32,000 bases of DNA from Geobacter metallireducens GS-15 (lineage in GTDB: Bacteria; Desulfobacterota; Desulfuromonadia; Geobacterales; Geobacteraceae): the NCBI RefSeq assembly GCF_000012925.1, contig NC_007517.1, forward strand, positions 3,720,001-3,752,000, given 5' to 3'. The position numbers were made by a program, and so were the translations under genes. Positions 9,474 to 17,907 of this stretch are shown in pieces. Every line of letters begins with the position of its first letter. Position 1 is the stretch's first letter. Under the pieces are notes generated by a model that was not told the origin of the DNA, made no database searches, and worked only from the letters and a program-made list of their open reading frames with translations.

Positions 9474-10426
9474 AGCAGGAACTCCTCCACCGGGGGCACG
9501 AATTCTCATTCCTCCAGGTGCTCCGGATCCTGGAGCTTCTCGGAGAACGGGACGGGACCAAACGGCCCGTGGAGGTGATCCCCCGGCTCTCCCTGGGCTT
9601 TCCGGCCGCGGACGTAGCCGGGGTGGAGCGGGTCGGCGACGGCTATCGGGTCATTGCCACGTTCCTGGGGCTCTACGGCCAGGCGACCCCGCTTCCCGCC
9701 TTCTACACCGAGGAACTTCTCGACGAGGAAGCCACCGACAGCAGCGCCGGCCGGGATTTCCTCGACATCGTCAACCGGCACATCTACGGCATCTTCGCGA
9801 ATGTTGCCCGGAAATACCGGCTCTTTCTCCAGGTGGACGAGCAGCGCAGCGACGCCGTCACGGAGCGGCTCCACGCCCTCGGGGGGTACGGCGAAGAAAC
9901 GCTTCGGGCCCAACTCCCCGATCCCCGGTCGCTCCTGCGCTACACGGGGCTCTTCGCCCAACACCCCCGCTCGGCCCTGGGGTTGCGGACGCTGCTGACC
10001 GATGCCCTCGACGCGCCGGTGGAGGTAATCTCCGCCGTCCCCCGCATCGTGACGGTACCGCCGGAGGAGCGCTCACGCCTCGGCACCATCGGCACCCTCG
10101 GCGAGGACGCCTTTGTGGGCTCCGAGATCCCCGACCGCTCCGGCATGTTCCGCATTGAGGTGGGTCCCTTGCGCCGCGACCGGTTCGCCGAACTCCTCCC
10201 CGGCACCCCGGAGCGCAAGCGCCTCGACCTCCTCGTCGCCCTCTACATCACCGACCCCCTCGCCTACGAAATCGAGCTGATCCTCGCCCCCGGCGAGGCC
10301 CCGCCGGCCATGCTCGGCAGCGGCATTCGGCTCGGATGGGATGTGTGGATGACGTCAGGGGCGGATGTGGGGCGGGTGTCGGTGAGCTTTCCCGGCGGAG
10401 GGGAGCCCCTCGCGGCACCTCGTTAA
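9437..10426 (+). CDS. tssG: Type VI secretion baseplate protein TssG (ImpH/VasB)
   Basis: 329 aa. EFSFLQVLRILE motif near the N-terminus. GTG start with GAGAGGAG 5 nt upstream. 37-nt overlap with tssF. Confidence 0.87.
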   Translation: MAAASRIPAAPLEQELLHRGHEFSFLQVLRILELLGERDGTKRPVEVIPRLSLGFPAADVAGVERVGDGYRVIATFLGLYGQATPLPAFYTEELLDEEATDSSAGRDFLDIVNRHIYGIFANVARKYRLFLQVDEQRSDAVTERLHALGGYGEETLRAQLPDPRSLLRYTGLFAQHPRSALGLRTLLTDALDAPVEVISAVPRIVTVPPEERSRLGTIGTLGEDAFVGSEIPDRSGMFRIEVGPLRRDRFAELLPGTPERKRLDLLVALYITDPLAYEIELILAPGEAPPAMLGSGIRLGWDVWMTSGADVGRVSVSFPGGGEPLAAPR

Positions 10427-10456
10427 CCGAACAAACCCAAGGAGAATCAACCATTC

Positions 10457-13093
10457 ATGCTGACCGTTGACCTTAAAGCCCTCATATCCCGCCTCAATCC
10501 CCACTGTTCCGGCGCCCTGGAAGGGGCGGCGGGGCTTTGCGTGGCCCGGGGCCACTACGAGGTGACCGTGGAGCACCTCTTGGCGCGGCTTCTGGACGAG
10601 CCGGGGGGTGACCTCCCCCTCATCCTCCGGGCCTTCGAGGTGGATGCCGCATCCGTGAAGGCCGGGATCACCAGGGTCCTCGACGAGCTTCCCTCCGGGA
10701 ACTCGGGGAAGCCGGTCTTCTCGCCGGTGCTTCTGGAGTGGCTCCAGGCAGCGTGGCTCATCACCTCCCTCGACCTCAACGAAGAGCGGATCCGCTCCGG
10801 CGCGCTGCTGCTGGCGCTCCTGGCCCGGCCGCTCCAGCTCACGGCGGGCCGCTACGTGGACCTTCTAATGGCCGTGGGGAGGGAGACGCTCCTCTCCCGC
10901 TTCGGCACGGCCACGGCCGGTTCGGTGGAGCATGCACCGACCAGTGTCCGCTCCGCAACCAGCGACGAGGCACCCAAGGGAACCACCTCTCTCGACCGCT
11001 TCTGCACCGATTTCACCCGCCAGGCGGCGGAAGGTAATATCGACCCGGTCTTCGGCCGGGACCGGGAGATCGGCCAGATGGTCGACATCCTGGCCCGGCG
11101 CCGGAAGAACAACCCCATCATCGTCGGCGAGGCGGGGGTCGGGAAGACCGCCGTAGCCGAAGGGCTTGCACTTCGGATTGTGGAGGGGGACGTGCCGGAG
11201 GCCCTCCGGGAGGTACGGCTCCTGGGGCTCGATCTGGGGCTTCTCCAGGCGGGGGCCGGAGTGAAGGGTGAGTTCGAGAACCGCTTGAAAAGCGTCATCG
11301 AGGAGGTGAAGGGGTCGCCGCGCCCCATCATCCTCTTCATCGACGAGGCCCATACCATCATCGGCGCCGGGGGGCAGACCGGCGGAGGTGACGCCGCTAA
11401 CCTCCTGAAACCGGCCCTGGCCCGAGGGGAACTGCGGACCATCGCCGCCACCACCTGGAGCGAGTACAAGAAATATTTCGAAAAGGACGCGGCCCTGGCC
11501 CGGCGCTTCCAGCCGGTGAAGCTGGACGAGCCGGACGTCGAGACCGCCGTCCTGATCCTGCGGGGTCTCAAGGAGAAGTACGAGGCGGCCCACGGGGTCA
11601 CCATCCGGGACGACGGCATCCGGGCGGCGGCGGAGCTTTCTTCCCGCTACCTGTCGGGGCGCCAGCTCCCGGACAAGGCAGTGGACCTCCTGGATACGGC
11701 GGCGGCCCGGGTGAAGCTCCTTCTCACCGGGAAGCCGGGGGCCGTGGAGGAGAAAGAGCGCCGCATCCAGGCTCTGGAGAGGGAAGAGGCGGCCATGGCC
11801 CGGGACCAGCTCCACGGCCGCCCCGTTGACGACGAGCGACTGGATCTCCTGAAGGCGGAATTGTTAACCCTGCGGGAGGAGTTGGCCGCCGTCACGGCGC
11901 GGTGGCACCGGGAACAGGAGCTGGCCGCGGAAGTGATGGCCCTTCGCAAGGAACTGTCGACGGAAGCGGAAGAAAACGAAGATCGGCGAGGACTGAAACG
12001 GCAGGTGACCGAGGCCACGGCTCGCCTAGCGGAGTTCCAGGGTGACGCCCCATTGGTACGGATCGAGGTGGAGCCGGAGGTGGTGGCCCGGGTGGTGGCC
12101 GACTGGACAGGCATCCCCCTGGGGAGCCTCCAGAAGGACCGGGCCGCCGGGGTCCTCACCCTGGAGGGCGACCTGCGCCGCCGCATCAAGGGGCAGGAGC
12201 CGGCCCTCTCCGCCGTGGCCGAGGTGCTCCGCTCCTCGGCGGCAGGGCTCAAGGACCCACGCCAGCCCCTGGGAGTTTTTCTCCTGGTGGGGCCGTCGGG
12301 GGTCGGGAAGACCGAGACGGCCCTGGCCGTGGCCGACCTCCTCTTCGGGGGGGAGCGGTTCCTCACGGTCATCAACATGAGCGAGTTCCAGGAGCGCCAC
12401 ACCACGAGCCGCCTCATCGGCTCGCCGCCGGGGTACGTGGGGTACGGCGAGGGGGGGGTCCTCACGGAGGCGGTCCGGCGCCAGCCCTACTCGGTGGTCC
12501 TCCTGGACGAAGTGGAGAAGGCCCACCCCGACGTCATGAACCTCTTCTACCAGGTCTTCGACAAGGGGATGCTGGCCGACGGCGAGGGGCGGGTCATCGA
12601 CTTCGCCAACACAGTCATCTTCCTCACGAGTAACCTGGCCTCGGATGTCATCACCTCCCTCTGTTGCGGGGATCAAGCACCGACGGCGGAGGGGCTGACC
12701 TCCGCCATCCGCCCCCACCTCTCCCGACACTTCAAGCCGGCGCTCCTGGCCCGGATGTCGGTGGTCCCCTACCTGACCCTGGCCCCCGAGTACCTGGGGG
12801 AGATCGTTACCCTGAAGCTGGGGCGGGTGGCGGAGCGGCTCCGGGAGAACAGCCGAACGGCGCTTTCTTGGACCCCGGCGGTCACGGAACGGATCGCGGC
12901 CCGCTGCACCGAGGTGGAGAGCGGCGCCCGGACCATCGACCATATCCTACGGAGCACGCTGCTGCCGCTTCTCTCCCGGGAAATTCTCCCCCGGCTCGGC
13001 ACCGGCGAGACGCCGGAGGCTATCAGGCTCGACACGACGGCCGACGGCGACTTTGCCGTCACCTTTGATACCAGTGGAGGCATGGAACAATGA
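10457..13093 (+). CDS. tssH: Type VI secretion AAA+ ATPase ClpV/TssH
   Basis: 878 aa. Clp N-domain. Two AAA+ modules with Walker A GEAGVGKTA and GPSGVGKTE. Coiled-coil middle region. Sits directly after tssG. Confidence 0.93.
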   Translation: MLTVDLKALISRLNPHCSGALEGAAGLCVARGHYEVTVEHLLARLLDEPGGDLPLILRAFEVDAASVKAGITRVLDELPSGNSGKPVFSPVLLEWLQAAWLITSLDLNEERIRSGALLLALLARPLQLTAGRYVDLLMAVGRETLLSRFGTATAGSVEHAPTSVRSATSDEAPKGTTSLDRFCTDFTRQAAEGNIDPVFGRDREIGQMVDILARRRKNNPIIVGEAGVGKTAVAEGLALRIVEGDVPEALREVRLLGLDLGLLQAGAGVKGEFENRLKSVIEEVKGSPRPIILFIDEAHTIIGAGGQTGGGDAANLLKPALARGELRTIAATTWSEYKKYFEKDAALARRFQPVKLDEPDVETAVLILRGLKEKYEAAHGVTIRDDGIRAAAELSSRYLSGRQLPDKAVDLLDTAAARVKLLLTGKPGAVEEKERRIQALEREEAAMARDQLHGRPVDDERLDLLKAELLTLREELAAVTARWHREQELAAEVMALRKELSTEAEENEDRRGLKRQVTEATARLAEFQGDAPLVRIEVEPEVVARVVADWTGIPLGSLQKDRAAGVLTLEGDLRRRIKGQEPALSAVAEVLRSSAAGLKDPRQPLGVFLLVGPSGVGKTETALAVADLLFGGERFLTVINMSEFQERHTTSRLIGSPPGYVGYGEGGVLTEAVRRQPYSVVLLDEVEKAHPDVMNLFYQVFDKGMLADGEGRVIDFANTVIFLTSNLASDVITSLCCGDQAPTAEGLTSAIRPHLSRHFKPALLARMSVVPYLTLAPEYLGEIVTLKLGRVAERLRENSRTALSWTPAVTERIAARCTEVESGARTIDHILRSTLLPLLSREILPRLGTGETPEAIRLDTTADGDFAVTFDTSGGMEQ

Positions 13094-13536
13094 ACCAGCA
13101 TCAAACAGCAATGGGTATCGCCAGGATGGCGTTTCTCCTCTCCCTTTCGCTCACGGCAGCGTGTGCCACCGTGAATACCGCTCCCGTCGAGGAGCAGGCC
13201 GGCCCCCAGGCGCCGGAGACAGGGCTGGAAGCCGAGCCACCCGCTCCCGTACCGGCACCGGCCGCCCCCCCGGCAGTGGCGCCGGTGACCCCTCAGGCAT
13301 CGGTCACCGTAACAACGATCCCTCTGGTCCCCGGGAAAATAACTCCCCGGCAGAAGTACGTGAACGTCCGCCCGGAGCCCTCCACCGGCAAGAAACCTGT
13401 CGCCGTGCTCTCGGGAGGAAAGTACGTGGAGGTGCTCGGCCGGGAGGGGACATGGGTGAAGATTCGCTGGACCCGGGGAAAGAAGGCCCATGAAGGATGG
13501 GTGGCCGGGAAATTTGTGGACACCGTTACTCCCTGA
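13090..13536 (+). CDS. Lipoprotein with Pro/Ala-rich linker and C-terminal bacterial SH3 (SH3b) domain
   Basis: 148 aa. Lipobox LTAAC. The linker is rich in P/A/E. The C-terminus KYVNVRPEPSTGKKPVAVLSGGKYVEVLGREGTWVKIRW...EGWVAGKFV is SH3b-like. ATGA overlap with the clpV stop. GGAGG lies 9 nt upstream. Confidence 0.7.
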   Translation: MNQHQTAMGIARMAFLLSLSLTAACATVNTAPVEEQAGPQAPETGLEAEPPAPVPAPAAPPAVAPVTPQASVTVTTIPLVPGKITPRQKYVNVRPEPSTGKKPVAVLSGGKYVEVLGREGTWVKIRWTRGKKAHEGWVAGKFVDTVTP

Positions 13537-13547
13537 ACCCTCGCCAC

Positions 13548-13577
13548 GGGGGCCGACCGTCGGCCCCCTCCCTTTTT
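13548..13577 (+). terminator. Intrinsic terminator after the T6SS/SH3b genes
   Basis: 8-bp GC stem GGGGGCCG / CGGCCCCC (13548-13555 and 13561-13568) with a 5-nt loop, followed by tcccTTTTT. Confidence 0.55.
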
Positions 13578-13669
13578 CCCTTACGGCTCGCCCTCTCCTC
13601 TCCTCAACCGCGGTTTCCTTCTCCCCGCTCCATATGTTCTCATTTATTTATTATTTCTCAAAAAACGCC

Positions 13670-13696
13670 TAAAGTTTCCCCATTCCCTACCGATAA
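13670..13696 (+). promoter_or_regulatory. Sigma-28 (FliA)-type promoter
   Basis: TAAAGTTT (13670-13677), an 11-nt spacer, then ACCGATAA (13689-13696). The enterobacterial consensus is TAAAGTTT-N11-GCCGATAA, so this matches 15/16 positions with exact spacing. An AT-rich tract lies upstream. It is 144 nt before the cheW ATG. Confidence 0.6.
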
Positions 13697-13839
13697 ACTA
13701 TACTACCTGCCCGGCAATTTCACCGCCCTGACACACGAAGTCAAACTGCATTGCAGATGCGTTGCCGTACCCGGCTTACACCAAAAGACGTTTTACGAAG
13801 CCCCACGCACACAAAAACCGAGGAGTAAAAGGCCGACCC

Positions 13840-14340
13840 ATGACATCGTTGCCAACCCTTGCCAAGGGGAGATCCGCTGCAGGGAAGCCCCTCCACCTGG
13901 TCGGCTTCCGGGTGGGGAATGAGGAATACTGCTTCGAGATCCTCACGGTGCAGGAGATCATCCGGATAGTACCCATCACTGCCGTTCCCGACGCTCCCGA
14001 GCATGTGGAGGGGATCATCAACCTCCGCGGCAGGATCGTCCCCATCATCGACTTCCGCCGGCGGTTCCGCATAACCGGCGAACGCACCGTCGACGAGGCG
14101 GACAGGGTCATCGTCGTGACCGGCACGGGGAACGCGACCGTCGGTTTCATCGTCGATGGCGTGAGCCAGGTCATGAAGCTGCCTGCCGAGGATCTGTCGC
14201 CTGCGCCGGCGGGAGGCGCGGGGTGCGACGCCGAGGCCATCCGGGGGGTAGGCAACGTGGGCGACCGGCTCGTCATCGTTCTCGATCTGGACAAGATGTT
14301 TTCCGCCGATGAACTAACCACTTTGACAGGAGTGAGCTGA
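13840..14340 (+). CDS. cheW: Chemotaxis coupling protein CheW
   Basis: 166 aa from ATG 13840 (the ORF track starts earlier, at 13762). CheW-like domain: LVGFRVGNEEYCFEILTVQEIIRIVPITAVPDAPEHVEGIINLRGRIVPIIDFRRRF...VGFIVDGVSQV. Confidence 0.9.
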   Translation: MTSLPTLAKGRSAAGKPLHLVGFRVGNEEYCFEILTVQEIIRIVPITAVPDAPEHVEGIINLRGRIVPIIDFRRRFRITGERTVDEADRVIVVTGTGNATVGFIVDGVSQVMKLPAEDLSPAPAGGAGCDAEAIRGVGNVGDRLVIVLDLDKMFSADELTTLTGVS

Positions 14341-14342
14341 CC

Positions 14343-14855
14343 ATGTCCGATCTCATGACCACCCGCGCGGCTCTCCAGGAGACCATGACCTTCCTCGGCG
14401 CCATCGCCAGCGGCATCGAAGAGGCCATCGGCGAATCCGCCAACAGCATCACCTACCTGGCTGGCAAACGGCTCGGCATGCAGCTTTCCGCCAATATCCG
14501 TAAGACCGACGACGTGGAGGAGGCCCTGGAAGCCGTTCACCAAGTGCTCCTCGACAACAACTGCCTCTGGCACTTCGAGCCGTTCAAGGCCCACGACCGG
14601 CCGGCCCTGGTCCAGACCACTGACAGCGGCGACGAGGATCTCCAGCTCGTTTTCCGGGACTGCATGATCCGCCAGTCCCTCTTTCGCTTCGGTCACCACC
14701 AGAAGGGGTCCCTCTGCACCATGATGTTCGGCTTCTTCTCCGGGGCGCTCCTGAACGTCATGGGGGTCGATTCCACCCTGGAGATCCTCCATGCGGGAGA
14801 AAACGCCTGCCTCAAGCGGCTGGTGATCCACAGGAAGAAGGGGGAAGACCAGTGA
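14343..14855 (+). CDS. V4R (4-vinyl-reductase-like, hydrocarbon-binding-protein family) domain protein
   Basis: 170 aa. N-terminal YLAGKRLG segment. C-terminal pattern LVFRDCMIRQ...GSLCTMMFGFFSGALLNVMG...ILHAGENACLKRLVI fits the V4R consensus (xFxC...C..xxGfxxGal...E..C...G...C.f). Starts 3 nt after cheW. Confidence 0.68.
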   Translation: MSDLMTTRAALQETMTFLGAIASGIEEAIGESANSITYLAGKRLGMQLSANIRKTDDVEEALEAVHQVLLDNNCLWHFEPFKAHDRPALVQTTDSGDEDLQLVFRDCMIRQSLFRFGHHQKGSLCTMMFGFFSGALLNVMGVDSTLEILHAGENACLKRLVIHRKKGEDQ

Positions 14856-15802
14856 GCACCGTACCCATAAATCTGGAATGGCTGAGCGACTGCTCGGGCT
14901 GCCATGTGGCCATCGTCGACCTGCACGAGAAAATCCTCGCGGTCCTGGAATCCGTCACCATCCAGCGCTGCCCGGTACTGACTGATGTGAAGGACTACCC
15001 GAAGGCGAAGCTGGGGCTCGTCTCCGGCGCCATCCGGACCGAGCACGACCGCCACGCGGCCATTGAGATGCGCAAGAGCTGCGACCTGATCATCGCCTGG
15101 GGCTCCTGCGCGGTGTACGGGGGGATCGCCGGTGCCGGCAATGTCCATTCCCGCCAGGAGATCATCGATGCAGTCTACATCGGCAACAAGACCACCGCTA
15201 CCCACGCTCCGCCAACGAAGGAGGTTTCGGCCCTGGAGCCGTCCGTCTCCCCCCTGGACAGCGTCATCGACGTGGACCTCTACCTCCCTGGCTGCGCACC
15301 GCACCCGGCCTTTGTATTCGATGCCCTCCTGGCGCTGCTGGAAGGGCGTTCCCCCCGCACCGCCACCGGTGAATCGGTCTGCGCCCGGTGCCGGAGGAAG
15401 ATGGAGAAGACGGAGGTTGACCGGATCAGGAAGAATTCGGAGGGGGTCCCCGACCCGGACCGCTGCTTCCTGAGCCAGGGATACCTCTGCATGGGATCGG
15501 TGACCCTGGACCGCTGCATGTCCCCCTGCCCCCTGAACGGGATACCGTGCAGCGGCTGCGCCGGCGCCACCATGCAGGTGCTGGCCGAGCCCAACCGCGA
15601 CATCCGCACCGAGATCGCCGAGCGGATGTCGCGCCTGACCGAGATCCCCCGGGAAGCCATCGTCCGGGAAATCGAGAGGACATCCAAGACCCACTACTCC
15701 TACACCATGGCGACCCCCATGATCGGCGAGAAGCCCACCTTTCTGATTAAAAAATGGACCGATGAGGAACGAGACGACTATGAACAAGACCATAACCATT
15801 GA
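14852..15802 (+). CDS. [NiFe]-hydrogenase small subunit, cytoplasmic group-3 type (MvhG-like size and Cys pattern)
   Basis: 316 aa with no Tat signal. Proximal-cluster motifs CSGCHVAIVD, GSCAVYGG, LPGCAPHP. C-terminal Cys-rich part CARCRR...CFLSQGYLCMG...CMSPCP...CSGCAG for further FeS clusters. GTGA overlap with the upstream gene. Confidence 0.88.
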   Translation: MSTVPINLEWLSDCSGCHVAIVDLHEKILAVLESVTIQRCPVLTDVKDYPKAKLGLVSGAIRTEHDRHAAIEMRKSCDLIIAWGSCAVYGGIAGAGNVHSRQEIIDAVYIGNKTTATHAPPTKEVSALEPSVSPLDSVIDVDLYLPGCAPHPAFVFDALLALLEGRSPRTATGESVCARCRRKMEKTEVDRIRKNSEGVPDPDRCFLSQGYLCMGSVTLDRCMSPCPLNGIPCSGCAGATMQVLAEPNRDIRTEIAERMSRLTEIPREAIVREIERTSKTHYSYTMATPMIGEKPTFLIKKWTDEERDDYEQDHNH

Positions 15803-17201
15803 TCCCGTCACCCGCATCGAAGGGCATGCGCGGGTCTTCATCGACCTGGACGATGGGGGAGCGCTCAAAGCGGCGGGGCTCGTGGTGAACGAGCTGCGGG
15901 GATTCGAGAAGATCCTGACCGGCATGGACGCGGACCGGATGCCGCTGGTCACGGCCCGCATCTGCGGGGTCTGTCCCACGGCCCACCATCTGGCCGCCAC
16001 CAACGCCCTGGACAACGCCGCGGGCGTTGAGCCCCCAACCGCCGCGAAACTCCTGCGGGAGCTCATGTACATGGGGCACCTGATCCACTCCCATTGCCTC
16101 TCCCTCTTCGTGCTCCAGGGGCCGGACCTGGTCCTGGGGCTCGACGCCGACCCCGCCATCCGCAACGTGGTGGGGGTGGTGCAGGCGGTCCCCGACATCG
16201 CCAGAAAGGCCCTCCAGTGCCGCTCCATCGGCCAGAAGATCAACGAGCTGGTGGGGGGACGGGGAACCCACCCCGTCACCTCGGTGGCCGGGGGGATCGC
16301 CTTTGTGCTCGACGCCGACCGTGAGCGCCAGCTGAACGCCTGGATCCAGGAAGCCCACGGGCTCGTGCTGGAACTGGCGCCGGTGGTGAAGCAACTCCTC
16401 ATGAAGATGCTCGACGCCAACCCGGCGATGCTGGAACAGTGGGTCATCCCGGCCTGGAGTGTGGGCACCGTCAAGGGCGACGGCACCATCGCCCTGGTGA
16501 ACGGAGAGATACGGGCCATTGACGAAAGCGGAGCCCGGAAGGCCCAGTTCCCCACCGCCGGCTACGACACCCACCTCTCCGAAGCGGCGGTGGATTTCTC
16601 CTACATGAAGCAGGTCTCCTTTGTGGAGGGCGAGACCCGCCACGACTACCGGGTCGGCCCCCTGGCGCGGCTGAACATCTCCGACCGGTACGGCACCCCC
16701 CTGGCGGACCGTGAGCGGGAGGAATTCATCCGGACCGTGGGCCGCCCCTGCCATGCCAATGCCCTCCAGCCCTGGGCCCGTCTGATCGAGCTTCTCTACT
16801 GCACAGAGCGGGCGCAGGAAATCATGGCCTCCCCGGAGATCCACGGCGAGACGCGGGTGCCGGTGAAATTCTCCGGCGGACGGGGGGTGGGGCACGTGGA
16901 GGCCCCCCGGGGAACCCTGATCCACGACTACGAGATCGACGAGAACGGCATCGTCCGGGCCGCGAACCTCATCGTGGCGACCCAGCAGAACTATGCCCTG
17001 ATCAACACCATGATCGCCCAGGCCGCCACGTCCCATGTCATCAACCGCCCCGACGACCAGGCCCTGCTCAACGCGGTGGAGTTCGGCATCCGCTGCTACG
17101 ACCCCTGCCTTTCCTGCGCCACCCATGCCTTGGGGGCCATGCCGCTGGAAATCGTCGTGAACCGTGCCGACAGGCCCCATCTCATCAGGAGGAACTGCTG
17201 A
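15780..17201 (+). CDS. [NiFe]-hydrogenase large subunit, group-3 type, with cleavable C-terminal extension
   Basis: 473 aa from ATG 15780 (GAGGAA 10 nt upstream). ITIDPVTRIEGH. N-terminal Ni-binding motif RICGVCPTAHH. C-terminal DPCLSCATH followed by a 24-aa extension. Confidence 0.92.
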   Translation: MNKTITIDPVTRIEGHARVFIDLDDGGALKAAGLVVNELRGFEKILTGMDADRMPLVTARICGVCPTAHHLAATNALDNAAGVEPPTAAKLLRELMYMGHLIHSHCLSLFVLQGPDLVLGLDADPAIRNVVGVVQAVPDIARKALQCRSIGQKINELVGGRGTHPVTSVAGGIAFVLDADRERQLNAWIQEAHGLVLELAPVVKQLLMKMLDANPAMLEQWVIPAWSVGTVKGDGTIALVNGEIRAIDESGARKAQFPTAGYDTHLSEAAVDFSYMKQVSFVEGETRHDYRVGPLARLNISDRYGTPLADREREEFIRTVGRPCHANALQPWARLIELLYCTERAQEIMASPEIHGETRVPVKFSGGRGVGHVEAPRGTLIHDYEIDENGIVRAANLIVATQQNYALINTMIAQAATSHVINRPDDQALLNAVEFGIRCYDPCLSCATHALGAMPLEIVVNRADRPHLIRRNC

Positions 17202-17452
17202 TGGTCGAGATCAAGCTCCATGAAGAGGCGTGCCGCGGCTGCAGGATGTGCGTGGACATCTGCCCCACCAAGGTCTTTGCCTTCGACGAGGAGAAGCGGC
17301 TCTGCGCGGTGGAGCACCGGGACGACTGTATCGCCTGCCTGAGCTGCGCCTACCTCTGCCCCTCCGGGGCGCTGCGCCACGAGGATTATCACGTTGTGAA
17401 AAACTTCTACCGGGACCTGGCTTTCTGCGCCAAGATGGAGAAATTCATATGA
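17201..17452 (+). CDS. 2x[4Fe-4S] ferredoxin
   Basis: 83 aa. CRGCRMCVDICP and CIACLSCAYLCP motifs. TGATG overlap with the large subunit. Confidence 0.85.
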   Translation: MVEIKLHEEACRGCRMCVDICPTKVFAFDEEKRLCAVEHRDDCIACLSCAYLCPSGALRHEDYHVVKNFYRDLAFCAKMEKFI

Positions 17453-17907
17453 GCACCACGACCACGGAACAGGTCACCCTTGAGGACCATGTAAACGCCG
17501 CGACCGAGGTTGCCTTTCTGCTGGACATCTTCGCCGCCACCGTCGACACCATCATGGGGGGGGCAACGGCGTCGGTGGGGAGGATCGCCGGGCGGGAAAT
17601 GGCGCGCAAGCTCCCGATCCACCTGACAAACCCGACCCTGGACGAGATCGTCGCGCTCCTCAATTCCCGCATGAAGGCCGGGTACCAGTTCCGGCTGGAG
17701 GGGGAAGGGACGGAGCGCGTCCTCCTGTTCGACCACTGCGTTCTGCAGGAGGTCTGCGCCAAGCGGGGGCTCACCCTGGGGACGGCCCTCTGCCGCCTCT
17801 TCCATGCCTACCTGGACGGAATCCTGAACGAACTCATCTGCCGCCCGGTGAAATCGGAGGTTGTCTCATGCGGGGACCAGTGCCGCCTGAGTCTCAGGAC
17901 TCAGTAG
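17449..17907 (+). CDS. Second V4R-domain protein
   Basis: 152 aa from ATG 17449 (GGAG 8 nt upstream, ATGA overlap with the ferredoxin). The ORF track frame starts further upstream. RIAGREMA segment. C-terminal LLFDHCVLQEVC...ALCRLFHAYLDGILNELI...VVSCGDQCRLSL is V4R-like. Confidence 0.65.
   Translation: MSTTTTEQVTLEDHVNAATEVAFLLDIFAATVDTIMGGATASVGRIAGREMARKLPIHLTNPTLDEIVALLNSRMKAGYQFRLEGEGTERVLLFDHCVLQEVCAKRGLTLGTALCRLFHAYLDGILNELICRPVKSEVVSCGDQCRLSLRTQ

Noticed and set aside
14693-17180. Very long minus-strand ORFs (620 aa at 14693-16555 and 477 aa at 15747-17180), antisense to the group-3 hydrogenase genes.
   Set aside because: Their composition is Gly/Arg/Pro/Ala-rich and low in complexity, with no recognisable motifs. 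The plus strand carries unmistakable hydrogenase signatures. This is a typical high-GC antisense artefact.
14852-17201. The idea that this is a regulatory (group 2b, HupUV/HoxBC-type) H2-sensing hydrogenase.
   Set aside because: The large subunit keeps a C-terminal extension after DPCLSCATH, and a dedicated endopeptidase is encoded. Classical sensor hydrogenases lack both. The small subunit architecture also looks group-3-like. Any sensory role must therefore come from the gene context, not from membership of the known sensor class.
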